Virus genome (UHGV): UHGV-0212329
DNA from: a virus
Length of the DNA: 52,574 nt
Reading direction: 5' to 3' (one strand)
Position 1 is the first letter of the stretch; each line of letters starts with the position of its first letter. Positions 7,982 to 17,043 of this stretch are shown piece by piece. Made by a program: the position numbers and the translations under genes. The notes below the pieces were generated by a model, which was given only the letters and a program-made list of their open reading frames with translations, was not told the origin of the DNA and searched no databases.

Positions 7982-8329
7982 ATGAAAATTAACGATTTAT
8001 ACAATCTTAGAAACGCAATAGTGGAGATTAAGGACGAAAAATTGCCTATAAAATTGGCGTATAATCTTGCTAAATTTATGAAAAAAACAGACAGTGACAT
8101 TGACTTTATGTTTGAGAAACAGCGGGAGATACTTTCCTCTTATTCTTCCGAAAACGGCGATATTCATGTTCCTGCCGCAGCGAAGGAAAAAGTAAACGCC
8201 GCATTAAAGGAAATAACCGAAATGGACGTTGATATTCCAACGCTCGAAATAAATTTATCGGATATTTCAAATCTTAAATTATCAGTAGCTGTAATGAACG
8301 CATTAAGCGATTTTATCGTAGAAAAATAA
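7982..8329 (+). CDS. Hypothetical phage protein
   Basis: KLPIKLAYNLAK motif; AGGAG RBS. Confidence 0.75.
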   Translation: MKINDLYNLRNAIVEIKDEKLPIKLAYNLAKFMKKTDSDIDFMFEKQREILSSYSSENGDIHVPAAAKEKVNAALKEITEMDVDIPTLEINLSDISNLKLSVAVMNALSDFIVEK

Positions 8330-8421
8330 TTAAAATTAAGGAATTTATAAATTTGTGTGAGAATGATTACGGCGGTGATATGATTAAGCAATTAAAACAG
8401 TACTATTTTGAGGAGTAAGTT

Positions 8422-9063
8422 GTGTCACAATACGTTGAATATGATAGCTATAGCGAGTGGTTAAAAGCGAGGCGTAATACACTTGGTGCGAGTGAAGTTG
8501 CCAGTGCAATAGGAATTGGCTTTATGTCTACTATAGACCTATGGAGAGAAAAAACATGTCGTAAACAGCCAAACGATTTGTCCGAAAACGAAAGGGTGAA
8601 GTATGGAATAGCCGTCGAGGAACATTTGCGAGCATTATTCCAAGCGCAGTTTGTGAACAAATACCAAGTTGAATATCATGCTTTTAGAGTATACAAGCAT
8701 GATACATACAAGTTTATGACATGCACATTAGACGGAGAGCTGATAAGATTATCTGACGGTGCAAAAGGCGTTTGGGAATGTAAAACAGCTTGGGTTATGA
8801 GTAAGCGAGATTTAGACGAATGGAACGGTCGAATAAAACAAGCGTATTTTTGTCAAATTTGTGCGCAATTGTTTGTGACTAACTATGACTTTGCGATAGT
8901 TACGGTGCAACTTATAATGCCAGACGGAAATAGCGAAATAAGGCACTATAACATTGAAAGGGGCGAAGTCAAAGAGGATATTGAATACATCAAAAATGAA
9001 GCAATAAAGTTTTGGCGGTATGTAATACAAGATAAGCAGCCGCCACAAAAACTGATGTTATGA
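8422..9063 (+). CDS. YqaJ-like (lambda-exonuclease family) recombination nuclease
   Basis: EWLKARRNTLGASEV, CTLDG, WECKT, YFCQ motifs. Confidence 0.92.
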   Translation: MSQYVEYDSYSEWLKARRNTLGASEVASAIGIGFMSTIDLWREKTCRKQPNDLSENERVKYGIAVEEHLRALFQAQFVNKYQVEYHAFRVYKHDTYKFMTCTLDGELIRLSDGAKGVWECKTAWVMSKRDLDEWNGRIKQAYFCQICAQLFVTNYDFAIVTVQLIMPDGNSEIRHYNIERGEVKEDIEYIKNEAIKFWRYVIQDKQPPQKLML

Positions 9064-9077
9064 GGGAAGATATAGAA

Positions 9078-10175
9078 ATGGGCAGTCAGATTTCCATGTT
9101 TGATGGCGAAACTCAATTCAAAATAACTAAACCGCTTCGCTTGATAGAGCTTTTCGGAGGGTACGGTAGTCAGTCGTTAGCTCTAAAGTATTTGGGAGTA
9201 CCATTTGAGCATTGGCGATTATGAGAATGGGCTATACCTTCGATACAGGCATACAAAGATTTACATTTTGAGCAAGATACTACTGATTACTCCGTTGGAA
9301 TGAACAAAATCGAACTCGTAAAAACTTTGCATAAATTAGGCATAAGTTCCGATTATAATCAGCCTCTCACACAAGAGAAACTAAACAGATATAGCGAAAG
9401 CAAGCTACGGACGATTTACAATAATATTCGAGCTTGCCACAATCTCGTTTCGATATGTAACGTAAGAGGCAAAGATTTAGGAATACAAGAAACGGATAAA
9501 TATTGTTATTTAATGACGTATAGTTTTCCTTGTCAGGACATATCCGCAGCCGGGTTAGGTAAGGGTATGGAGCGTGGTAGAGGAACTCGAAGCGGGCTAC
9601 TTTGGGAAGTAGAGAGGCTTTTGACAGAAACAAAAGAGCTTCCGCAAGTACTTTTAATGGAGAACGTAAAACAAGTAGTCGGGCAAAAGAACATTAAAGC
9701 GTTTGCCGAGTGGGTAGCGTTTTTGGACAAACTCGGCTATCACTCGAAATGGCAGGTGCTAAATGCGACAGACTTTTCAATTCCGCAAAATCGGGAACGT
9801 TGCTTTATGGTAAGCGTACTCGGCAATCACTACTACGAGTTTCCGAAAGTAATCGGCAACAAGTTACAACTTAAAGACGTACTTGAAAAGAACGTCGCCC
9901 AACGGTACTACATAAGTGATAAAATCGTTGAAAGTTATTATAAACGAAATATTCTCAACGAAGAAAAAGGCAACGGTTTTAGATTTTTACCTACCGATGG
10001 GCGAACTGTTGCAAACTCGGTTTTAACAAGAAGCGGCAGTCGCCCTTGCGACAACTACATTATTCAGCGTTCCCACGGGTTTAATAAAGGCGGCAAAAAA
10101 GATTGTTGCCCGGCAATAACGACAAGTGCGTTTGAACAAAACAACGTGATTGTAGAGGTGAACCGTGAAGAGTGA
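9078..10175 (+). pseudogene. dcm: C5 cytosine DNA methyltransferase, N-terminal chain (motifs I-VIII), with an in-frame TGA at 9222-9224
   Basis: From ATG 9078: LIELFGGYGSQ (motif I)...HWRL*EWA, then in the same frame FPCQD, LMENV and PQNRER. Confidence 0.85.
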
Positions 10176-10601
10176 AATAAAAGGCTGTAAGATTATCGGA
10201 CGGCTTGGTGGGAAATTCGAACATACATTTGATTCAACAAGACGAGTTTATAGCGTTAATGCGGTTGCACCGACTATAACTACATGTGGGGGGGGGGCAA
10301 TACAGAACCTAAAATTATGGAACAATTTAACTCTTATCGAGTACGAAAACTAACGGAACGAGAATGTGGCAGGCTTATGGGCGTAAAAGACGAGGATATA
10401 GACAGAATAGCGAAAAATACATCTCGTTCGGCACAATACCATTGTTATGGTGACAGTATCGTTACCACTTGCCTAATGGCAATATTCGGAAAAATGTGTG
10501 ATGTTGACTATAAAACAAAAATCGGAGAATTAACAAAAAATTTAACAGGAGAACAAAAAGATGACAGAAATAGATATAACGAAAATTATGAAAGTAATTG
10601 A
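10165..10601 (+). pseudogene. C5 methyltransferase C-terminal chain (motifs IX-X), frameshifted at a G10 tract
   Basis: APTITTCGGG in the first frame continues as GNTEPKI...RKLTERECGRLMG...QYHCYGDSIV in the -1 frame; G run at 10288-10297. Confidence 0.8.
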
Positions 10602-11493
10602 GTCGGAGCAAGTTCCTAAAACAGTGGAATTTAAAGTAACAGAATTTGAGAGTAAACTCCCGGCGATATTAAGTAACGTAGAAGCGGTAAAGCAATGGGC
10701 GATATTGCAGACAGAACAAGACCGTAATTTAGTGCTTGAATCCGAGGAGGATTTCGAGAACGGGAAGAAACGTTGTGCAGAGATAAACAAACAAATAACT
10801 AACATCGAAAATCGACGTAAGGACGTAAAAAAGGCATACATAGCTCCTTATGAAATTTTTGAGAAATCAATCAAAGAGGTTATTGCGGTATTGAACGAAG
10901 CAAAAACAAATCTTTGGTCGCAAGTAACAAAAGCGGAGGAAAAATTCAAGGCAAAGAAAGAATTAGAATATAAAACTTTCTTTGAGCAACAAGCCAAATC
11001 AAATGACATATCCGATTACTGCAGGTGGACAACCATATTCGACAAAACGTGGTTAAATAAAGGAAAAAGTAAAACCGTAGTTTTTGACGAGATAAATGCC
11101 AAAGTTAAGATTGCAGTAGATGAGATAAACGCCATATTATCTCTTAATAGTTCGTTCGAAGCCGAATTGCTTAGAGAGTATAGTAACGGAGCTTCTATAG
11201 CATCCATTTTAGCTATAAACAAAGAATTATACGAACAGCGAGAGAGATTGGAGCAAAGAAAGGCAGAAATAGCCCACAGCAAAGCAGTAGGGGAACAAAA
11301 CACGCAAGTGCGGGAAAGTGAAAGGGTGCAACAGCAAACTCCGCTTACAAGTCAAACTACACGGGCAGACGAAAACGCCGAGTATGGCGAAGTGACGGTA
11401 GATTTTAGAGTTATAACCACGCCACAGAAGCTAAAGGCTTTAGGTGAGTATATGAGAAACAACGGAATAAAATACGGGAAAGTCCCAGAATAA
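10561..11493 (+). CDS. DUF1351-like coiled-coil phage protein
   Basis: KKRCAEINK...IENRRKDVKK...WLNK and LKALGEYMRNNGIKY; typical neighbour of YqaJ/RecT. Confidence 0.8.
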   Translation: MTEIDITKIMKVIESEQVPKTVEFKVTEFESKLPAILSNVEAVKQWAILQTEQDRNLVLESEEDFENGKKRCAEINKQITNIENRRKDVKKAYIAPYEIFEKSIKEVIAVLNEAKTNLWSQVTKAEEKFKAKKELEYKTFFEQQAKSNDISDYCRWTTIFDKTWLNKGKSKTVVFDEINAKVKIAVDEINAILSLNSSFEAELLREYSNGASIASILAINKELYEQRERLEQRKAEIAHSKAVGEQNTQVRESERVQQQTPLTSQTTRADENAEYGEVTVDFRVITTPQKLKALGEYMRNNGIKYGKVPE

Positions 11494-11526
11494 ACTAAAT
11501 AAAAAATTAAGGAGAAAATAGAAATT

Positions 11527-12528
11527 ATGGCAGTAAGTAACAGTTTACAAATAATGAACAATGAGAATAGAACTTTATCGGTATACTTGCAAGGAGATAA
11601 GGTGCAAAAAATGCTTGTATCTTCGCTTGGCAGCGAGAGAGCTAAGCAAAAATTCGTTTCAAGCTTAGTAGCTGCGGCAAGTGCGAATCCCGCCTTGCAA
11701 AAGTGTGATTTTGCTACAGTTATCAGTAGTGGACTTTTAGCAACGAGTCTTAATCTTTCGCTTTCGCCGTCTTTGGGACTTGCCTATATTGTGCCGTTTG
11801 AAGATAGAAAGAACAAAAGAATAGTAGCAACTTTTATTCTCGGATATAGAGGCTATATACAATTAGCCATACGTAGCGGATTCTATGCCGATATTGATGT
11901 AATAGAAATTAGACAAGGCGAGTATCTTGGTCGAGATAACGCAACCGGCAAGCACAAATTCAGATTTGTTGCTGATGATGACGAGAGAGAGAAACTTCCT
12001 GTAGTCGGATATATGGCTATGTTTGAATATATTAACGGTTTCAAAAAAGTTTTGTACTGGAGTAAGGAAAAAATGCTCAATCATGCAGACACCTATAGCA
12101 AGGCATTTTCGGTAGGTGCGAAGAACGGAAGGCGTGCGTTTGCCGACTTTGAGGCGGGAAAAGTCCCGGAGGAAGAACTTTGGAAATACAGCTCCTATTG
12201 GTATAAAGACTTTGATTCTATGGCGAAAAAGACTTTGATCCGACAGCTAATTTCTAAATGGGGCATTATGAGTATCGATATGCAGACAGCTTATGATACC
12301 GATACTAAAGCTATGGAAAATGAAGAAGATGCTGGCATGATAGAGCGTGACAATGCCATGAATGATTTTTTCGGTAACACAGACGGTATAGTTGTAGAAG
12401 AACAAGAGATAACCGAGGTAATGCCTGAAGAAGAAAACAAACCTAAAAGAAGTTCACGCACAAAACAAATAGATAAAATCAATGTCGACTTGTTTGGCGA
12501 TGCCGACATTGCCACAGAAAAGGAGTGA
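11527..12528 (+). CDS. recT: RecT-family ssDNA annealing recombinase
   Basis: LSPSLGLAYIVPF, FILGYRGYIQLAIRSG, MAKKTLIRQLISKWG. Confidence 0.95.
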   Translation: MAVSNSLQIMNNENRTLSVYLQGDKVQKMLVSSLGSERAKQKFVSSLVAAASANPALQKCDFATVISSGLLATSLNLSLSPSLGLAYIVPFEDRKNKRIVATFILGYRGYIQLAIRSGFYADIDVIEIRQGEYLGRDNATGKHKFRFVADDDEREKLPVVGYMAMFEYINGFKKVLYWSKEKMLNHADTYSKAFSVGAKNGRRAFADFEAGKVPEEELWKYSSYWYKDFDSMAKKTLIRQLISKWGIMSIDMQTAYDTDTKAMENEEDAGMIERDNAMNDFFGNTDGIVVEEQEITEVMPEEENKPKRSSRTKQIDKINVDLFGDADIATEKE

Positions 12529-12534
12529 TGAAAG

Positions 12535-13056
12535 TTGCTGTTTCAACAGTACGATTCAAAACTAAAGAGATACAGCTTACTTGGAATTGGACGAGTGCAG
12601 GGTTACAAAGAATACCCTGCCGTGTCCAAGACACCGACAGTAACAAAAAGTCGTCATAAGAAAGCGGTAAGAGTTGCTTTTTCTGTATGCACCGGGCATA
12701 GATTGGTTGCCAATACGAAGAATGAATACGTTTATCAAAGTGTTCCGTGCGTATTCTATGTGCGAGATGATACGCCAAAGGCACAGCAAGCAATAGCACT
12801 ATCATTAAAACGTAACGACTTAGTTATGTTTGGTGGATTCTTAACTGAACGAATTATAGGGAATGAACAAACAGGCGAACGGAAAGTATGGCGTGAATGC
12901 CTCGTAGATATGCTCATATCTATAAACGCTTTTGGTGCCGGCGTGAATTTCAAGTCATCAGCTCAATTTGAGGAGTACATAAATGGTATAGAATCCTCGG
13001 AAGTTGAGACTGACAGCGTAGACGGTTTTTGGGACGATTTTAATAAAGGAGAATGA
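12535..13056 (+). CDS. Hypothetical protein, possibly OB-fold/SSB-like
   Basis: Pattern V-F-V...LKRNDLVMFGG.L and an acidic C-terminus; AAGGAG RBS with TTG start. Confidence 0.6.
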   Translation: MLFQQYDSKLKRYSLLGIGRVQGYKEYPAVSKTPTVTKSRHKKAVRVAFSVCTGHRLVANTKNEYVYQSVPCVFYVRDDTPKAQQAIALSLKRNDLVMFGGFLTERIIGNEQTGERKVWRECLVDMLISINAFGAGVNFKSSAQFEEYINGIESSEVETDSVDGFWDDFNKGE

Positions 13057-13058
13057 TT

Positions 13059-13463
13059 ATGGCGATAAAATTTGCTAAAGGCTCGAATAAGTGTAAGAAC
13101 AAGAAAGCTACTGTAGATGGAATAGAGTTTATGAGTCGTAAAGAAGCAAAACGCTACATCGAGTTAAAAGCCTTAGAAGTCCAAGGGAAGATAAGCAATC
13201 TTGAGCTGCAAAAGGTATATGAGCTTATTCCAGCGCAACGAGAACCGGATATGGTGGGAAAACGTGGTGGCATAAAAAAAGGGAAACTTATAGAGCATTC
13301 TTGCGTTTATATTGCCGACTTCGTTTATGTAAATAGTACGGGCGAAACTATAGTTGAAGATGTAAAAGGTTTTCGAGCGCCGGAAAGCGCAACCTATGCA
13401 AAGTTTGTAATTAAACGCAAACTTATGCTTGCAAAATATGGAATCCGTATAAGGGAGGTATAA
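13059..13463 (+). CDS. DUF1064-like PD-(D/E)xK endonuclease
   Basis: VDGIEFMSRKEAKRY, YIADFVY, VEDVKG. Confidence 0.88.
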   Translation: MAIKFAKGSNKCKNKKATVDGIEFMSRKEAKRYIELKALEVQGKISNLELQKVYELIPAQREPDMVGKRGGIKKGKLIEHSCVYIADFVYVNSTGETIVEDVKGFRAPESATYAKFVIKRKLMLAKYGIRIREV

Positions 13464-13467
13464 AAGC

Positions 13468-13722
13468 TTGTCTGAAGAAGCCTTAATCAAAAATAGTGAA
13501 TCCGTTATGGCAACGGATTGTGGAATAAGAGATTTTATTCTTAATGCTATAAGAGAAAGTAATTGCACTACCTCTTGGATAGCGAAAAAAAGCGGGGTGG
13601 CGAGGTCAACAATCATAAGTTGGCTTAATGGGGCAACTCCAACACTTGATAATGCGACTTACGTGTTAATTGCTTTAGGATATACGGTAGTAGTAAAGGA
13701 GCAACAAGCAGATGAAAGCTGA
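13468..13722 (+). CDS. XRE-family HTH protein
   Basis: IAKKSGVARSTIISWLNGATPTL. Confidence 0.8.
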   Translation: MSEEALIKNSESVMATDCGIRDFILNAIRESNCTTSWIAKKSGVARSTIISWLNGATPTLDNATYVLIALGYTVVVKEQQADES

Positions 13723-13903
13723 AACAATAAGGTGTCAACATGTTAATGATGACGAAGGAACTGTATGTAATAACATTATCGCTAAAGTAACAGAAACCGA
13801 GATAATCGTTAAAAGGCATGGGAGAGAAATACATATATCGAAAGGTCAGAGTATCACAATCAAATGTGAGCGTTGCGGTGGGGTAACTAAGATTGGAGGA
13901 TAG
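13712..13903 (+). CDS. Zinc-ribbon protein (Mu Com-like)
   Basis: IRC...CNNIIAK...ITIKCERCG. Confidence 0.65.
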   Translation: MKAETIRCQHVNDDEGTVCNNIIAKVTETEIIVKRHGREIHISKGQSITIKCERCGGVTKIGG

Positions 13904-13909
13904 CTAAAA

Positions 13910-14600
13910 ATGCTTTTACAAGAGAATACAATTTATAATTGCGATTGTATAGATTTACTCCGTGAAATGGCGGGGGGGGGGGGATAAAAGCAGTTGGGTG
14001 CTTTAAAGACCCCCCCACCGGAATTGGATTGGGAAAGAGAAACTTTAAAAAAAGGGGGGCAAAAAAAAAAGGAAAGAAAAAAAGCCGAATTTTTTTGGTT
14101 AAAAAAAATGGGGATAGTGGAGTGAAAAGAAAGAAAACTTTTACCTTTTTTTTCCATTCAGTAAAAATCAGATAATTTTTGGTGGGAACTATTACACAGA
14201 CTATTTGCCGCCTACAAAAAGCTGGATAGTGTGGGATAAGCGGTGCGACGATAAAATGCGAAATGACTTTGCCGACTGTGAAATAGCTTGGTGTAGTAAA
14301 GGTGTAGCAAGAGTTTTCCGCTACCTTTATAGCGGAATGTTGCAAGGGAATAAAAACAAAGATGAGAGGGTTCACCCGACGCAGAAACCGACGCAATTAT
14401 GGAGTCAATTGATTGCTTATTATACAAAGCCAAACGACTTAATATTAGATCCTTTTATGGGAAGTTTTACAACAGCAGTTTGTTGTCATCGTTTACAACG
14501 ACGATACATAGGAGCAGAAAAAGATAAAAAGTATTACGAAACAGGGCTTAAGCGGTTAGAGGAAGAAAAACGGCAAATAAGCATGTTCGATATTAACTAA
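13910..14600 (+). pseudogene. N4/N6 (beta-class) DNA methyltransferase broken at a G12 tract and a garbled downstream stretch
   Basis: MLLQENTIYNCDCIDLLREMAGGG, then TAA; remnant of the DPPY region (GACCCCCCC..GGAATT); intact C-terminus WIVWDK, HPTQKP, ILDPFMGS. Confidence 0.8.
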
Positions 14601-14621
14601 CGAGAGGAGAAAATAAGGGAA

Positions 14622-15233
14622 ATGGTGAGTAATAAAGATTGGGTAGGAAATGCAAAGAGTATATTTGTGTGTAATGGTGCGAGTAACCATACAGACGAGA
14701 AAAGAGCCGAGTTTGATTTTTATGCAACCGAACCCAAAGTAATAGATAAGCTTTATGCGACTGGTGAATTGACTTGTAAAAATATTTGGGAATGTGCCTG
14801 TGGCAAGGGACATTTGTCAAAGCGTCTTGAAAGTTTTGGTTACAATGTTAAATCGACCGATTTAATCGACCGAGGATATGGCAAAGGCGGCGTTGATTTC
14901 TTTGAATGTAACGAAGTATTTAATGGCGATATTTTAACCAATCCACCTTATAAAAAAGCATTAGAGTTTGTACTTAAAGTTTTGGATTTAATTACAGAAG
15001 GGCATAAGGTCTTTATGTTTTTAAAACTCACTTTTTTAGAAGGAAAAACTCGATATAAACAACTTTTTTTCAAGAAACCACCGAAGTTGATTTATGTATT
15101 TTCCCAGCGGGTTCAATGTGCCAAGAATGGCGACTTTGAAAAATATAGTCAAGGTGTAGGCACGGCAGTTGCCTATGCTTGGTATGTTTGGGAAAAAGGA
15201 TATAACGGAGAAACATCGATAAAATGGATTTAG
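14622..15233 (+). CDS. Phage adenine-specific DNA methyltransferase
   Basis: DFYATEP, IWECACGKGH, ILTNPPY, AYAWYVWEKG. Confidence 0.9.
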   Translation: MVSNKDWVGNAKSIFVCNGASNHTDEKRAEFDFYATEPKVIDKLYATGELTCKNIWECACGKGHLSKRLESFGYNVKSTDLIDRGYGKGGVDFFECNEVFNGDILTNPPYKKALEFVLKVLDLITEGHKVFMFLKLTFLEGKTRYKQLFFKKPPKLIYVFSQRVQCAKNGDFEKYSQGVGTAVAYAWYVWEKGYNGETSIKWI

Positions 15234-15246
15234 AATAGGAGAAAGA

Positions 15247-15423
15247 ATGGAAGAAAAAGAGAGTCACGACAGTCGAGCGAACAGGCTAATACAAGAGCTT
15301 GTACGGAAGTGTAACGAAAATTGGCAAGGCAAGCGTAAGGACTTCGGGCAAAAAGAAGTCTACGAACTTATTAAGCAAATAAACAAAGAAATTGAGGAGT
15401 ACGAATATGAACAAAGAAATTGA
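15247..15423 (+). CDS. Small hypothetical protein (58 aa)
   Basis: AGGAG RBS, ATG 15247 to TGA 15423. Confidence 0.5.
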   Translation: MEEKESHDSRANRLIQELVRKCNENWQGKRKDFGQKEVYELIKQINKEIEEYEYEQRN

Positions 15424-15850
15424 AGAAATGATGTTGACAGTTCCGCAAAAAATTGTTGCTTATGACGGCAATCCTGCGGGACAACACTTATACGGCGAAC
15501 AACGTCAAGAAATAGCCGAAGCCCTTTACAATGCAGGTTATCGGAAAGTATCAGGTAGTGAAGCCGAACTGCAAGAACTTAACATAAAATATTACAACGA
15601 AGCGAAAGATTTAAGGCGTCAATTAGCAGATACAGAAGCCGAAAATTGGCGACTTACCGAAAAGTTAAGACAAGTTCTATTAAGCATAGATACGGTCAAA
15701 GAAATGAACACTATGTGCAATATTGACGAGCAAAGGAAGCAAGCCGTAAAAGAGTTTGCGGAGAAGTTAAAAAAACGCAGTTATTGCGACAATGATTTTA
15801 TGGACGGCAAATGGCATAGATATGTATTCGTTGCCGAAATCGTAGTTTAG
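15407..15850 (+). CDS. Hypothetical phage protein
   Basis: IAEALYNAGYRK and QAVKEFAEKLK motifs common in phage accessory ORFs; GAGGAG RBS before ATG 15407. Confidence 0.7.
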   Translation: MNKEIEEMMLTVPQKIVAYDGNPAGQHLYGEQRQEIAEALYNAGYRKVSGSEAELQELNIKYYNEAKDLRRQLADTEAENWRLTEKLRQVLLSIDTVKEMNTMCNIDEQRKQAVKEFAEKLKKRSYCDNDFMDGKWHRYVFVAEIVV

Positions 15851-15922
15851 GAGCGTTTGAGAAACAAACGCAAAATTACATAAAAAGATATTGGATAAAC
15901 TAACAAGAAAGGAAAATAAAAA

Positions 15923-16147
15923 ATGAATAGAGTACAATACGAGGAAGCACTTACAAAGGCAGAAAAGGTCATTAAGCGAAATTTTGCTCAAAAAATTTTA
16001 AACGAAATTTGGGTGGATATAAGACGTGAACGCACATTGCACAGTGGAGATACAGCAGATGAGTTAGCTGACAAAATTTGTGTGTTTCTAACCGCCATAG
16101 GAAGGCAGTATGGAGCAAAAGTAGGTCTGTCTATTGATGAGGAGTAA
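15923..16147 (+). CDS. Hypothetical protein
   Basis: AAGGA RBS; in operon. Confidence 0.65.
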   Translation: MNRVQYEEALTKAEKVIKRNFAQKILNEIWVDIRRERTLHSGDTADELADKICVFLTAIGRQYGAKVGLSIDEE

Positions 16148-16150
16148 TTT

Positions 16151-16348
16151 ATGGGAGGATATTATTGTTGTTACAAAAACCTTTATTGCATATATGCGAA
16201 CAAGGACGGTTATTGCTGTTTGAGTGCGTGTCCTTATTCAATAAAACAAGTAAATTCAACAATTGGAACGAATAATGAGCAGCCATTGCCCGATGAATTG
16301 ACGATAAATGGCATTATATTTGTTAAAAAAGGGAGCATAAAAGAATGA
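16151..16348 (+). CDS. Small Cys-rich hypothetical protein
   Basis: CC..C....CC..C pattern; GAGGAG RBS. Confidence 0.6.
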   Translation: MGGYYCCYKNLYCIYANKDGYCCLSACPYSIKQVNSTIGTNNEQPLPDELTINGIIFVKKGSIKE

Positions 16349-16752
16349 AAATTAAACTTGATAACGACGCAAGAGTATTGAGAGCGTTTCCGACAGACGC
16401 AGGACTTGACTTGTGCGCAAGAGAAACGAAAGTAGTAAAAGCAAGGGACAATGCGATATTCGATACGGGTGTACATATAGCGATTCCGCAAGGCTACGCA
16501 GGGTTCATTAAGAGCAAGAGCGGCTTAAACGTAAAGCACGATATAACTTCCGACGGAGTTATAGACTACGGCTATACGGGCAGTATAAAGGTCAAATTAT
16601 ACAATAACGGAACGACTGATTACGAAGTAAAAAAAGGCGATAAGATAAGTCAGTTAGTAATTCTTCCGATACTTATACCTGAGCTTGAATTTGTAGACGA
16701 GTTAGACAAGGAAGAACGAGGGGATAACGGATTCGGCTCGTCAGGACGTTAA
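16345..16752 (+). CDS. dut: Trimeric dUTPase
   Basis: DAGLDL, KSKSGL, GVIDYGYTG, GDKISQL, RGDNGFGSSG (motifs I-V). Confidence 0.97.
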   Translation: MKIKLDNDARVLRAFPTDAGLDLCARETKVVKARDNAIFDTGVHIAIPQGYAGFIKSKSGLNVKHDITSDGVIDYGYTGSIKVKLYNNGTTDYEVKKGDKISQLVILPILIPELEFVDELDKEERGDNGFGSSGR

Positions 16753-16790
16753 AAGTGTCGAAAAATTGACAGTGCAAATCATTAAAAGTA

Positions 16791-16820
16791 TTGACAATAC
16801 ACAAATATACGCACTATAAT
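16791..16820 (+). promoter_or_regulatory. Promoter of the late (packaging/structural) operon
   Basis: TTGACA, 18 bp, TATAAT. Confidence 0.75.
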
Positions 16821-16989
16821 AGTTATGAAGTAAATACGAAAAATGGCACTATGATAACACAAAACAATGAAAGTTTTGAGATTTGCATTAAGGAATCCTA
16901 ATGTTTATGTGCCGCTTAGAATGTCTTATCAAGACGATAAGTGTTTTTTGCGGCACAAATGATTAAGCAGTTTAAGAAAAACACACATG

Positions 16990-17021
16990 AGTCTTGTAAA
17001 GAATTTACAGGACTTTTTTTT
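16990..17021 (+). terminator. Intrinsic terminator/attenuator in the late leader
   Basis: AGTCTTGTAAA-GAA-TTTACAGGACT followed by a T run, just before the first late gene. Confidence 0.75.
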
Positions 17022-17043
17022 GTTGTGCATAGAGGATTAAAGA

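Noticed and set aside
9078..10175. Genome-wide stop-codon reassignment
   Set aside because: TGA, TAG and TAA all terminate well-defined genes, coding density is high under code 11, and no suppressor tRNA is seen.
13984..14160. Dense homopolymer runs suggesting a hypermutated or diversified segment
   Set aside because: It begins right after G12 and looks like a smeared version of the expected MTase sequence, which is typical of sequencing dephasing; treated as a probable artefact.
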